Shown here in pieces: positions 50,790 to 64,000 of a stretch of DNA of 64,000 nucleotides (the first letter of the stretch is position 1; each line of letters opens with the position of its first letter). The notes beneath the pieces were generated by a model that saw nothing but the letters and a program-made list of their open reading frames with translations, was not told where the DNA came from and ran no database searches. The translations under genes were made by a program, and so were the position numbers. Source of the stretch: Octopus bimaculoides (Eukaryota); the NCBI RefSeq assembly GCF_001194135.2, contig NC_068996.1, forward strand, positions 13,273,814 to 13,337,813, in the 5' to 3' direction.

Positions 50790-51332
50790 TTTTATACATA
50801 TATATGTAGACAAGTATGTATAATTGTATATGTATATAAGTATGTATGTATGTTTATCAAATGTAAAAATAGATTAAGGATCTATGCGAAATAATGTGTA
50901 AGCTCTCTGTGCAGAAAACAGACCAGGCTAATAAAATCAACGTAAGAAAGATAGAGAAATTTATGTAATCCAAAGTAAATAAAGCGTCACGAGTCTATTT
51001 GGAAATCCAAAGTTTAGTAACCAAGAAAAGTGATATGGTGTAACAAAGGGCCATACAAAAGGTGCAAAATTAATGGATGTTTAAACGTTTTATTTCAGCT
51101 TACATGTATTTCCGATAGGGTTGGAGAATCATAGTTGCCTAAGACAATAATCAGATTTATTAATCAATTCCAAAATCGATCAGTTGAATAAAGCAGAGAA
51201 CGTACTTACTCCATTTATCTTCTTTAGAATTAAATGATACTGGTTACAAGCGAGTATAGTTAACCGAAATAAAAGTAGGAACTAGGTCAGCTATATTAAG
51301 CGTGTATTCAGCATTTACTTGATCGGTTAGTC

Positions 51333-51763
51333 CAGTGATTCTCAATCGGGGATCCATATGATCCATGAGGGTCCCGATTTTGTTGTTAAAATTTATGTAC
51401 AATAAATTGGTTATAATTCTAGAATATACAAAATATTTTAATAATTTTTAGAAATACAATCCCTGGATGGCTTTATAACTTCTAAAATGACAGAAAAATT
51501 TGTCAGTCGGCAGTTAAGCTTAAAAGTAGAGCACTCTCATCGGGTATTAGAGAGATGTGAGTTCGATCCACATGGCTGGTTGCCAACACATTTTTCTGCT
51601 CTTAAAGAATTTTATCCTATATATACAGCTCTATCAGTATTTACGATTTGATTGAAAAAATAAAATAGGATGCTTTTTACAAACAACGAATAGCTATGGA
51701 GGTCCAATAGAACAAAATAGTATTCAAAGAACCCCTTAAGTAAAAAATGGTTTAGAATCACTG
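51333..51763. mobile_element. hAT-type (Buster/Charlie-like) MITE
   Basis: TIRs cagtgattctcaa vs reverse complement cagtgattctaaa (12/13); flanking 8-mers ggttagtc and gattagag share a central TTAG, consistent with a decayed nnnTAnnn TSD. Confidence 0.65.
51509..51584 (+). pseudogene. tRNA-like pseudogene or SINE head inside the MITE
   Basis: Acceptor ggcagtt/ggttgcc plus A, D-stem gctt/gagc, stem ctctc/gagag with an abnormal 11-nt loop, T-loop gttcgatc. Anticodon not assignable. Confidence 0.45.
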
Positions 51764-52039
51764 GATTAGAGGGAAGGCAGGCTTAGATAAAAAAAAATAA
51801 ACATAAAAGTTCTTATTAAAAAAAAATTGAAATTCGATATCCCGCTATTTGGTTCAAGGTTGTGACAAATATTGTATAGATCATATTCAGATAACTATTA
51901 ATTGCTGAAGAATTAGTAGCGAGAAAGATATTATTTAGATCAGGATGTGAATAAATTCTCAATCATTAAACCGGACCTTAAAATAGCAAATTGAAGACCG
52001 GCGGAACTATTTATAACAAAGACAGCAATATATTATTCA

Positions 52040-53975
<1,936 letters not shown>

Positions 53976-54547
53976 CATTAATAATAAATATATTTAAAAC
54001 AGTTCATGTAAAACAAGTGAAAATTAGCCCTGTCTTTGTATTTGTGATTTTAAATATAACGGAGACAATCTATTAACCGTTCTCTCAAGAGGTGTGATTT
54101 ACCACACATGAAAGGAACCGATAATTGTTCTAGCAATTTCATTGTTTTCTAATCAGAAAAATATTTGAAATTACTGTTAATAATTTGCAATCACTTTTTA
54201 ACAAAAACGTTCCTTGATTAAATACAGATCCTGCTCATCTACCAATGTGTCATGATATAGATGCCCCAGTATTCCTCTGTATCATTATATATGTGAATAA
54301 GAAAAAAAAATATTATGTAGGAACATGTGTATGTGCATAAAAACACTCTTTCTCGCCCTCTCATACACATATACACACAGACGCAGATACACAGACACAC
54401 ACATGCATACACACACATCCACAGAAATGTATTATCTGGAATTGTTGATTTGTTTGTGGGAAACAACTAATCATTCACAGGAAGTGATACTCTCTGCATG
54501 TCGTAGAATAAGCTTTATTGATCGCTCTCTCTCTCTCTCTCTGTATA

Positions 54548-54630
<83 letters not shown>

Positions 54631-55043
54631 AGAGGAGGGATGTGAACTTCCAGGCAGATAACAGTTTTCACTATGTAAAGTTTCAAGGCCAGTTGCTTCC
54701 GATGGTCCGTTTTAAGGTATACTCTTAAAAACTACCATCCGATGTAACAGTGTATTTCCTGGCTATATTAGTTATAAGAAAAACGATGAATTTGAACATT
54801 CAGATTTTCCGTTTGGTTTATTCATAGTAATTGCCTAACATGTGTTTCGGTCATATCAATTGCAAATTGCTGCACATTTATATGCATGGATTTATGCATA
54901 ATTTGTACGATCATTTCAGAGTGAAAAATGGCATTGTTCAAGGAGGAATTCTCCCCGTTATTAGTTTAAATGTTTAAATCAGGCTTCGTAGTGGTAGTAG
55001 TAAACCATGTTGTTTTACGATAGGTTCCTATTCACAACTCATC

Positions 55044-55084
<41 letters not shown>

Positions 55085-55089
<5 letters not shown>

Positions 55090-55290
55090 CGCCCTTTGAC
55101 AGGTCTTATTTTTCGTCCTGCAGAGTGTCCGAGAATCACCCTCCTCACCAAGTAAGCTTCGTGGGGGTTGCCAATTTTGTCGCCGACAGCCCGACTATGC
55201 AACAGGTTGTGCTGGGTTACGTGTTACCAGCAGCACTCAAGAGCGACCTGACATAAAGGAAGAGCTCATGAGTAGTGAACAGCCATCCTA
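55085..55290. mobile_element. Unclassified GC-richer repeat fragment, possibly a LINE 5'UTR
   Basis: ~50% GC, 200 bp between (AT)n tracts. Resemblance to an Octopus dispersed repeat is from memory; single copy here. Confidence 0.3.
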
Positions 55291-55345
55291 CGTTATATGT
55301 ACATGTGTGTATGCATATGTGCGTGCATATATATGTATATATACG

Positions 55346-55376
<31 letters not shown>

Positions 55377-56053
55377 GTATATATATGTATATAAGTACAT
55401 ATATATATATGTATGTATATACATATGCATATATAATATAGATATATATACATATATAATATACATATATATATACATATATAATATACATATATATATA
55501 CATATGTAATATACATATATATATACATATGTAATATACATATATATATATACATATATTATATACATATACATATATAATATACATACATACGTACACA
55601 TATATATATAATATGCATACATACACATATATAATATACATACATACATACACATATATGATATTCATACATACACNNNNNNNNNNNNNNNNNNNNNNNN
55701 NNNNNNNNNNNNNNNNNNNNNNNNNNNNNNNNNNNNNNNNNNNNNNNNNNNNNNNNNNNNNNNNNNNNNNNNNNNNNNNNNNNNNNNNNNNNNNNNNNNN
55801 NNNNNNNNNNNNNNNNNNNNNNNNNNNNNNNNNNNNNNNNNNNNNNNNNNNNNNNNNNNNNNNNNNNNNNNNNNNNNNNNNNNNNNNNNNNNNNNNNNNN
55901 NNNNNNNNNNNNNNNNNNNNNNNNNNNNNNNNNNNNNNNNNNNNNNNNNNNNNNNNNNNNNNNNNNNNNNNNNNNNNNNNNNNNNNNNNNNNNNNNNNNN
56001 NNNNNNNNNNNNNNNNNNNNNNNNNNNNNNNNNNNNNNNNNNNNNNNNNNNNN

Positions 56054-56095
<42 letters not shown>

Positions 56096-56104
56096 TCTGT
56101 GTGT

Positions 56105-58190
56105 GTGCGTATGGGGTAGATGGGGCTCATTAGCTGTGTTGAAGGCAACTCTTCTAGAAGGACACTCTGACATAAAACCAGGTTATTGTAATGAAGGTCC
56201 CCTTAATTGGTTGCACTATCAAAGCCATGAGTGTTTGATGGGAGTAGATTGGGCTCCTGTTTTCAAACGAAGCCGTGATTAAGACAATCAATATAGGAGA
56301 ATAAAACTCTGAATTCAAAGTGACTTACCACTTGCCGTCTCATTTTGAGTAAAACCTAGGAGAAGATACTCCAATATAAAACCTGCAGTCAACTTAATAC
56401 TAGACATCTTGCTGTACTTGTCACTGGAATCTACTATTTTGACCCAGAGATTGGCAAAAGTGTTGTACAAGCGTTTGTCACTGAAATCCAATGAAATACC
56501 AATGTCCCGATAAAGCACCATCATCCTATGATCATCAGCTTTCAAAGGTTCTATGGCGATAGAGGGGTGGCGATGTATGCAGACTTGACCGTTTGGAAGT
56601 ATACAGTTACAAATCTGCACATAAAGCGGCAAAGTTCTTATCTTAACATTGCTAACATATTTTCATGAACAGGAACTGTTTTCGGTGGAGAATCTTGTGT
56701 CTAAGCAGCCCTTTTAGAGAGAACACTGCTCGTCTGATTATACTGGGAAGGTGCTAGAAAAGGTGCGCTAAAAATTGTTAGTATTTTTTCTGCTGGTTAG
56801 GTCACTGCGGCTAACGGTGTCTCAATTTAGCAGGAATGAACAAAAAACTGATATAAACAATGATAACAAGTATGCAAGGGATAGGGTTTCTCTTAACCTG
56901 GCCTGTTAGAATGTAAGAACTCTTTTAGATCGAGTGAAAACAGAATAGCTCTTGTAACTAAGGAGTTAAGGCGTCTTAATGTTGATATTGCAGCTCTTTC
57001 TGAAACAAGATGGTCAGATGGAGATCATCTTGTAGGAAGAGCAGCAGGTTTCATATTATTCTGGGTTGGGAAGCGAAGGGAGAAAAAAGGGAAGCGAAGG
57101 GAGAAAATAGGGAAGGGGATGTTGAGTTTGTAATCAGAACTGATTTGCTAAAGGACCTGGAACAACCACAAAGCATAAACAAACGTATAATAACACTCTG
57201 GATCCCTGATTCTTGCGGACGTTTTGTAACTGTTTTTTCTATTTATGCTCCTACACTTTCAGCTAGTGAGGAAAATATCCATGCATTTTATGTGGAGCTT
57301 AGAAGAGGTATTCTGTCAGTCCTTTTGAATGAGAATTTGGTTGTGCTTGGTGACTTTAATGCACGTTTTGGTAGAGACGATGGTGCTTGGAATGTACTTA
57401 GGCATTATGGAATATGGAAGGTGAACAACAATGAGTTGCATCTGCTACAAATGAGCTCTGAGCAAGAGTTGGCTGTTGGAAATACTTTCTTTCATCATAA
57501 GTTGATGCATAATGTTACCTGGATTCACCCAAGATCAAAGCAAGGTCACATGATTGACTTTGTATTAACTCGGAAAGCTGACTTGCAAGATTTCTGTAGT
57601 CTCAGGGTATTGTGAGGAGCTGATTGTGATACTGATCACAAAATGGTTACAGGTAAGATCAAGTTCAGGGTTCACAAGACGATTCGTAGTGCAGGTGTAC
57701 ATATACCAAAAAGAATTGATGTAGAGCAGCTGAAACAACCACAAGTTTTTCAGTTATTTCAGGAGAGATGCAGCAATGATCATTTTGATGGTTCATAGGA
57801 ATCTTTGCGAGATGGAATATATAAAATAGGATCAGAGGTGTTAGGTTTTAAGAAGAAACAGCGATGAGACTGGTTGGTTACAATGATATGGTGTTAAATG
57901 AGCTTTTAGAAACAAAGAGATCCACTCATGAAAAGCTTCATGCCCCAAACGTAAAGAACAAAGTGCAACTAGAAATGTTGTACAAGTCTCAGAAAGCAGA
58001 CTTGCAAAAAGAACTCAAGAGACTTAAAAGACACTTAGTGGAGAAATTTGTCTGAGGAAGTACAGGCCAGCCTATGGCAGGAAAGACATCAACAGTTTTT
58101 ATAGTTTATTGCGGTTAGCTTTTGAACCCCAATCTTTGTCATATATTCTTCAGAAGTCAAAAGATAGAAAGGAGGCTATTAAAGATCCTC
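56105..58190 (+). mobile_element. RTE-clade LINE 5' part: 5'UTR, APE endonuclease and linker; 3' part replaced by RLE LINE insertions
   Basis: LNLAC*NVRTLLD...LVTKELRRLNVDIAALSETR; VFSIYAPTL...VVLGDFNARFG...GNTFF...TWIHPRSKQGHMIDFV...GADCDTDHKMV. Confidence 0.9.
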
Positions 58191-58603
58191 TGGGATATGC
58201 TTATACATACCGATAGAAACATTAAGGGCCGAGTTCTTCAAGATAAAAATGCTTTTTAATCGATGTATCAATACATGCAGATAAAAATGTTTCTCTAAAA
58301 TACAAAGATCTGGAAATAGAGGTGACTCGAATGTGGAGCCTAATGACAGAAATAATTCCTATTATAGTAGGCGCACTAGGTATGATAAATATAAACATTC
58401 AAATACATAACAAAAGTGCTAGGACTTACAAGTATATGTAACATACAGAAAATAGCACTACTAGGCATCGCACACATCCTACGTAAAACACTTTCAATAC
58501 AGTGGAAATAAGAGCACCACACCAGACCACAGCACATATCCAAGGCACACAGAGCTACCTTCGGTAGTGCAGTGAAAGCACGTGATAAAAGCAAGACTAC
58601 TCA
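58191..58603 (+). mobile_element. R4/Dong-like LINE 3' end, array copy 1, then (AAT)4
   Basis: WDMLIHTDR...FLIDVSI...KYKDLEIEVTRMWSL...IPIIVGALG...QKIALLGIAHILRKTLSIQ; 3'UTR homologous to 62280-62378. Confidence 0.88.
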
Positions 58604-58614
58604 ATAATAATAAT

Positions 58615-60213
58615 GAGAGAAAATTAGGAGAGAAGATTACGAAAGTGATTAATATTAACTCAGTGCTAAAAATAAGATAATAGGTATAAACACGCTAGCC
58701 ATACCAGTCATAAATTACAGCTTCAAAATAATAAAATGGAAGATTAGTAAAGTGAGAAACTTAGATAAACCAGAAAACTATTAACAATATACCGAAGTCA
58801 CCACCTCAAAGCAGACGCAGGGAGAATATATCAACCTCCCTCGAAAGGAGGAAGCTGCCTTAAACAAACGGATAACTACTACAAAACAATAACAATTGGA
58901 CTAGAAAGTGGAAAACTACTACACGTAATAAAGCAACACGAGAAAAACGAAAAACAAAAACGTATTTCCTTTTCCACAAGGACAAAGCACAAAACAGATA
59001 CTACACTGATATACAGATCTCAGATGACAACATAGTAGAAGTGGTCAGAGACAAAAAAACAAAAAAAAAAAAAAAANNNNNNNNNNAAAAAAAAAAAAAA
59101 AAAAAAAAAACCAAAAAGAAACCCCAAAAACTTGAAAACAGAACTGCAAAACATACTAAAGAAGAAATGGAGAGAAAAAGCACTCTATGGCTAAAACCCT
59201 GCAAGGCTTCTTGGAGAGAGGAAGTGAGCCTAAGCAAAAACCAACTATGGTTCAAAAGCACTGGACTAATAGCTAAAACGGAGGGACTGATTCTCGCTGC
59301 ACAAGATCAAAGCCTGACCACGAACAACTATGAAAGCAAGATAATGGAAACAAGCCCTAACACCAAATGAAGAATTTGCAATGAGCACAATCAGACAGTT
59401 GACTACATCACCTTTGGCTGTCTATCCTTGCCAAATCTGAATATATATGCACAAACATGACCGAGTAAGTAGTTGTATCCACTTGACAATATGTTAATAT
59501 TACAACATAAAATCTGACAATAAATGGCAAAAGCGTGTGCCAAACAAGGTACCTGACAACGACTAGACCACAATTATTCGGGATATGCCTGTTCAAACTA
59601 TCAATGAAATAAATGGTAATCGACCAGACATAAATAATCAAGGAATGAAAAAAAAAAACACCTGCTTACTGATCGACATAGTAGACCCTTCGTCAAAGTA
59701 CAAAGTCCTCGAAATTGAAGTATTCAAGATGTGGAGCATGAAGGTAAAGACAATACCAGTAATAATTGGATCATTGTGCATGATAAAAAAAAGTTTATGA
59801 GCAAAAACGTAGGAACTGTAACTGGACCCTCAACACTAAAAATTTTCCTCCTAAATAGGAACATCCCACATCATACGCAAGATATTATCAATTCAATAAT
59901 ACACCCCCACAAAAAATAAGCAAACACAAGACACACTCACTTTAGCAAATATCCAATAAAATAAACAACCACCAGCAGACTAGATATGTAACAGAAGAAA
60001 ACTACTCGCATGACACACCAACACATAATACAAGAACTACTACAACAAAACACTGCAAAAGATCCCATAACAAAAGAAACAGATGCAATACAATACTAGG
60101 AAGAGCTTGCGCTCCCCCAACAATAAAAATGAACACACAATGCTGCACATACCCTAGCAACATGGAGGTGTAGCAGGTGATGCAGAAAAATTTTGCCTGA
60201 AACTACGAAATGT

Positions 60214-60215
<2 letters not shown>
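58615..60215 (+). mobile_element. R4/Dong-like LINE 3' half, array copy 2 (older, different 3'UTR), then (AAT)n(GATA)n
   Basis: NKIIGINTLAIPVINYSF; LWFKSTGLIAKTEGLILAAQDQSL; NRPDI; VKTIPVIIGSL. Confidence 0.85.
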
Positions 60216-60258
<43 letters not shown>

Positions 60259-60279
60259 GATAGATAGATAGATAGATAG

Positions 60280-61760
60280 CAACATCACACTAGATAAAGC
60301 AAATGAATAAGAGAATTCGACCAAAGCCAGACAAACAAATACTTAGGAATCAGTGAACTAGATACGATACAACACACAGAAATGAAAGAGAAGATAAAAA
60401 GGAATACTATAGACGAGTTAGACTAATACTGAAAACAGAGCTCAAAGCGAAAAAGAAGAAAATAGGTATCAACACTCGAGCTGTCCCAGTTATAAATTAC
60501 AGCTACAATATTATTAACTGGATTCTAAACGAACTAATCAAAATAGACAGGAAAACAATAATGACAGGATTTATGATGCACCACCCAAAATCTGACAAAC
60601 AAAGGCTATATATACAACGTATCGAAGGTGGTAGAGTCCTTATACAGCTAGAAAACAATTACAAAATAACCACCATAGGACTACAGAAATACCTACTTGA
60701 GAAGCAAGGAAGACTAATACAAGTAGTTACAAAACACGAACAAAATAAAACACTGTTTTCAGTCTTTAAGGAAACTGACAAATACAAAAAAGAAAGTCAT
60801 AGTACCTACAGACTATGAAAAAAGAAGGAAGAAACAACAAAAGCTGTAAAACAACTGAAATCCAGAATAAAGCTGGAACAGCAATGCATCATGATAAAAT
60901 GACGGCAAGAAAAGCCCCCTTCATGGCAAATACTGGGTTAAACTAAACGCAAAAGAAATAGACAAAGGGAAATCCCAGCAATGGCTGAGAAGTTCAGGGC
61001 TCAAAGCAGTGACTGAAGGATTTTTAATTGCAGCATAAGACCAAAACCTTGCCACCAGAAATCACCAAAAACACACAAGGAAAAGAAATACAAGTAACTG
61101 CAGAATATTTGGTGATGAAGAAGAAACAATAAATCATATTGTCTGTGGCTGCCCAGTCCTGGCTAAGAAGCAATATATTCACAGAGACGACAAAGTTGGG
61201 ACCTATATACACAGGAAACTATGGCAACACTATGGAATAACAATAGAAAAAAGATAATATAGGTACGCTCCAGAAAAGGTCACAGAAAATGAGAAAGCAA
61301 CCATACTATGGGATATACCAATATACACATAGAAAAATTAAGGTCAAAAAGCCTGCTATCATTGTCAGAGATCACCAAGAAAAGTGCTTTCTAATCGATG
61401 TATCAATACCAACAGATGGCAATGTTTCTCTAATAGAAACGGAGAAAATTTCAAAATACAAATATCTGGAAATACAGGTAACTCGAATGTGGAATCTAAA
61501 AAGACAGAAACAATTCCTATCATAGTAGGTGCCTTAGGTATAATAAAAAAATATTCAGACAAATACATAACAAAGACACCAGGACTTACAAATATATATA
61601 ACATACAGATAATTGCACTACTGGGTACTGCACACATGCTACGCAAAACACTTTCAATGCAGTGAAAATTAGAGCATCGTAACAAACCACAGCACTACCC
61701 AGTGCACACAGGGCTGCGATCGGTAGTGCTGTGAAAGCAAGTGCTAAAAATAAGACTACA
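60280..61760 (+). mobile_element. R4/Dong-like LINE 3' half, array copy 3, then (AAT)n
   Basis: MHHPKSDKQRLYIQRIEGGRVLIQLE; LHGKYW; GCPVLAKK; TETIPIIVGALGIIKKYSDKY...LLGTAHMLRKTLSMQ*. Confidence 0.9.
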
Positions 61761-61819
<59 letters not shown>

Positions 61820-62378
61820 TACTGGAAGCTATGTCAACACTATGGAATAACAACAGAAAAAAGATGGTATAAACGCACGCCAGAAAAGGTCACAGAAAAC
61901 GAGAAAGCAACCATACTCTGGGATATGCCAATACACACAGATANNNNNNNNNNNNNNNNNNNNNNNNNNNNNNNNNNNNNNNNNNNNNNNNNNNNNNNNN
62001 NNNNNNNNNNNNNNNNNNNNNNNNNNNNNNNNNNNNNNNNNNNNNNNNNNNNNNNNNNNNNNNNNNNNNNNNNNNNNNNNNNNNNNNNNNNNNNNNNNNN
62101 NNNNNNNNNNNNNNNNNNNNNNNNNNNNNNNNNNCATAGTAGGTGCCTTAGGTATAATAAAAAAATATTCAGACAAATACATAACAAAAATACCAGGACT
62201 TACAAATATATATAACATACAGAAAATTGCACCACTGAGTACTGCACATATTCTACGCAAAACACTTTCAATACAGTAAACATAAGAGCACCACAGCAAA
62301 CCACAGCACATACCGAAGGCGCACAGAGCTGCGCTCGGTAGTGAAGTGAAAGCACGTTATAAAAATAAAACTACTGAA
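61820..62378 (+). mobile_element. R4/Dong-like LINE 3' end, array copy 4 (youngest), then (AAT)n
   Basis: YWKLCQHYGITTEKRWYKRTPEKVTENEKATILWDMPIHTD [gap] VGALGIIKK...LRKTLSIQ*; nearly identical to 19428-19666. Confidence 0.92.
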
Positions 62379-62418
62379 CAATAATAATAATTATAATAAT
62401 GTTAATAATAACAATAAC

Positions 62419-62452
<34 letters not shown>

Positions 62453-62455
<3 letters not shown>

Positions 62456-63125
62456 TAATTTCTCGAAAGTAACTTTTACCCCACGAGGTAAATTCTCATT
62501 CCCCACACTCAAATTCATTCTTCGCTCTCTCTTCCCCTCTCTATCCTTCTCTTTCTAACTCTTTCTATCTCTCTTTACTCCTGCCTTTCCCTCTCTGCAA
62601 AGCACCAGTTCTAGTTGCTAGTAAAAAGAAGCTGGGTATTTATTTGCGAGCAAGACAGTCCCAGTCAGAATACCGTAAGCTATGATCTTAATATGATAAT
62701 ACAAAGATATATCTAAAAAACATATGACATGTCTCTGCAACCTTTAATTTATTTAATTGATTGCTGTGGTTTACATGTAGAATTGAACTCAATTGTCCCG
62801 TCTTCGAATTTAATTAATTTCTCGAAAGTAACTTTTACCCCACGAGGTAAATTCTCATTTCCCCCTCTCTAATTCATTCCTCACCTTCTCTTCTTTTCCT
62901 TCCCTTCTTCTCTCTTTCTCTCTCTCTTCTCACTCTCTCTTTCTCTTTCTTTCTCACTGCCTCTCCCACTCTGCAAAACACAAGTTTTAGTTGCTACTAA
63001 AAAGAAACTGGTTCTTTATTTATAGCCAAGAGATCCACAGTCAAAATGCCGTAAGCTGTGATCTTGATATAATACAAAGATATATCTAAAAATATACGAC
63101 ATGTCTCTGCAACTTTTAATTGATT
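62453..63125 (+). repeat. Diverged direct tandem duplication, unit about 360 bp
   Basis: Copies start at 62453 and 62812; first 48 bp identical, remainder alignable through gacatgtctctgcaac. Confidence 0.9.
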
Positions 63126-63409
63126 TCTTGACAGAAAACTTTTTTGTTTGGGTAGTAAGGAAAGCTACAGTAGGTACCTTCCCTCGGCGGTGATGCGATC
63201 CTCTACCATCTTTCCTTATGTTCAATATCTACCTCACTTCCGTGTTTACAACCACTCCTGAACCGTCCTCCCACTCGCCTTGTCGATCCACATGGATTAT
63301 ACTGAACTTGCTCTGTTAAATGGCTTCCTCCCCTCGCTAGTTGATCTTTCTTTCTTTTTCTCTTTCTTTTTTCTTTCTTTTTCTTTTCTCTCTGTTATTC
63401 TTTTTTTCT

Positions 63410-64000
63410 TTGTGTCAATGTCGGAGTAGTGAGGGAAGTTGAGCGCCCTTCACTTATAAAATGACCCAATAGCCTGCACAAGACGTGTCTCTTGACAGTC
63501 AAGACAGACACCCTCGCCAAACTAACAGCAGAACGGGGAAGGCGAGTATCTGGCGCCTTCAAATAACCAGTGCCCCGAGCAGGCCATACTCGTTAGCCCT
63601 GGATGGAAAGCAGCCTAGGAGAAGGACCACTCTGAGTTCAAAACTTGGGGTGGAAGACCCCTGCTGCTTTGGCCGGGCTACCTTGATAGAGATGGTGTCT
63701 CGATAAAGATACCAATTGGTAGTAACCTAAAAACTGACCTCGTTTGTGAGTGAAAATGCCAAGTAGAAAATATGACAATAACAGTGTGAACGAGAGAGGA
63801 ACGAATGTTGAAGGTGCCTCACCCGGCAGGCCCCTCACTCGGCAGGTGCGCCACTATGCAGCAGGGTGGGTCCGGTCGTAATCCAGCAACTGCTACCCAT
63901 GCTACAAGGCATAAGTGGAGGAAACAAGTAAACATGATGGTTATGGAATATTTCTACCGGAGCACTCCAGTGGATGCGGGGGCTGTGCCTGTCAGAGGGT
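63410..64000 (+). mobile_element. 5'UTR and ORF N-terminus of an R4/Dong-like LINE, running off the window
   Basis: GC-rich leader, ATG at 63756, then after a frameshift GRNPATATHATRHKWRKQVNMMVMEYFYRSTP, matching KWxxxxNxxVMxCYxxSxP (cf. 41900-42000). Confidence 0.75.

Overview
AT-rich, microsatellite-dense eukaryotic scaffold with many N-gaps, most of them flanked by (AT)n or (AAT)n tracts. The repeat complement (abundant tRNA-derived SINEs, RLE-type and RTE LINEs, Penelope-like elements) suggests a coleoid cephalopod, probably Octopus; this is inference from recalled repeat families, not proven here. I found no credible host protein-coding exon, rRNA or intact tRNA gene, and nearly all long ORFs in the supplied track are microsatellite or gap artefacts. 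The window is a graveyard of decayed mobile DNA: about a dozen fragments of restriction-like-endonuclease (R4/Dong-type) non-LTR retrotransposons, one RTE LINE, one Tx1/L1-type endonuclease fragment, three to five Penelope-like remnants, three tRNA-SINE families, a mariner MITE and a hAT MITE. The most coherent system is an (AAT)n-targeting retrotransposition module. Four 5'-truncated R4/Dong-like copies are stacked head-to-tail at 58.2-62.4 kb, each followed by (AAT)n. An unclassified ~545-bp non-coding element (4 copies) also ends precisely in (AAT)n and may be a non-autonomous partner. A few unique stretches carry clustered TCF/LEF, CSL/Su(H) or CRE motifs and may be enhancers of a gene outside the window. 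All translations and alignments were done by eye; no database searches were run.
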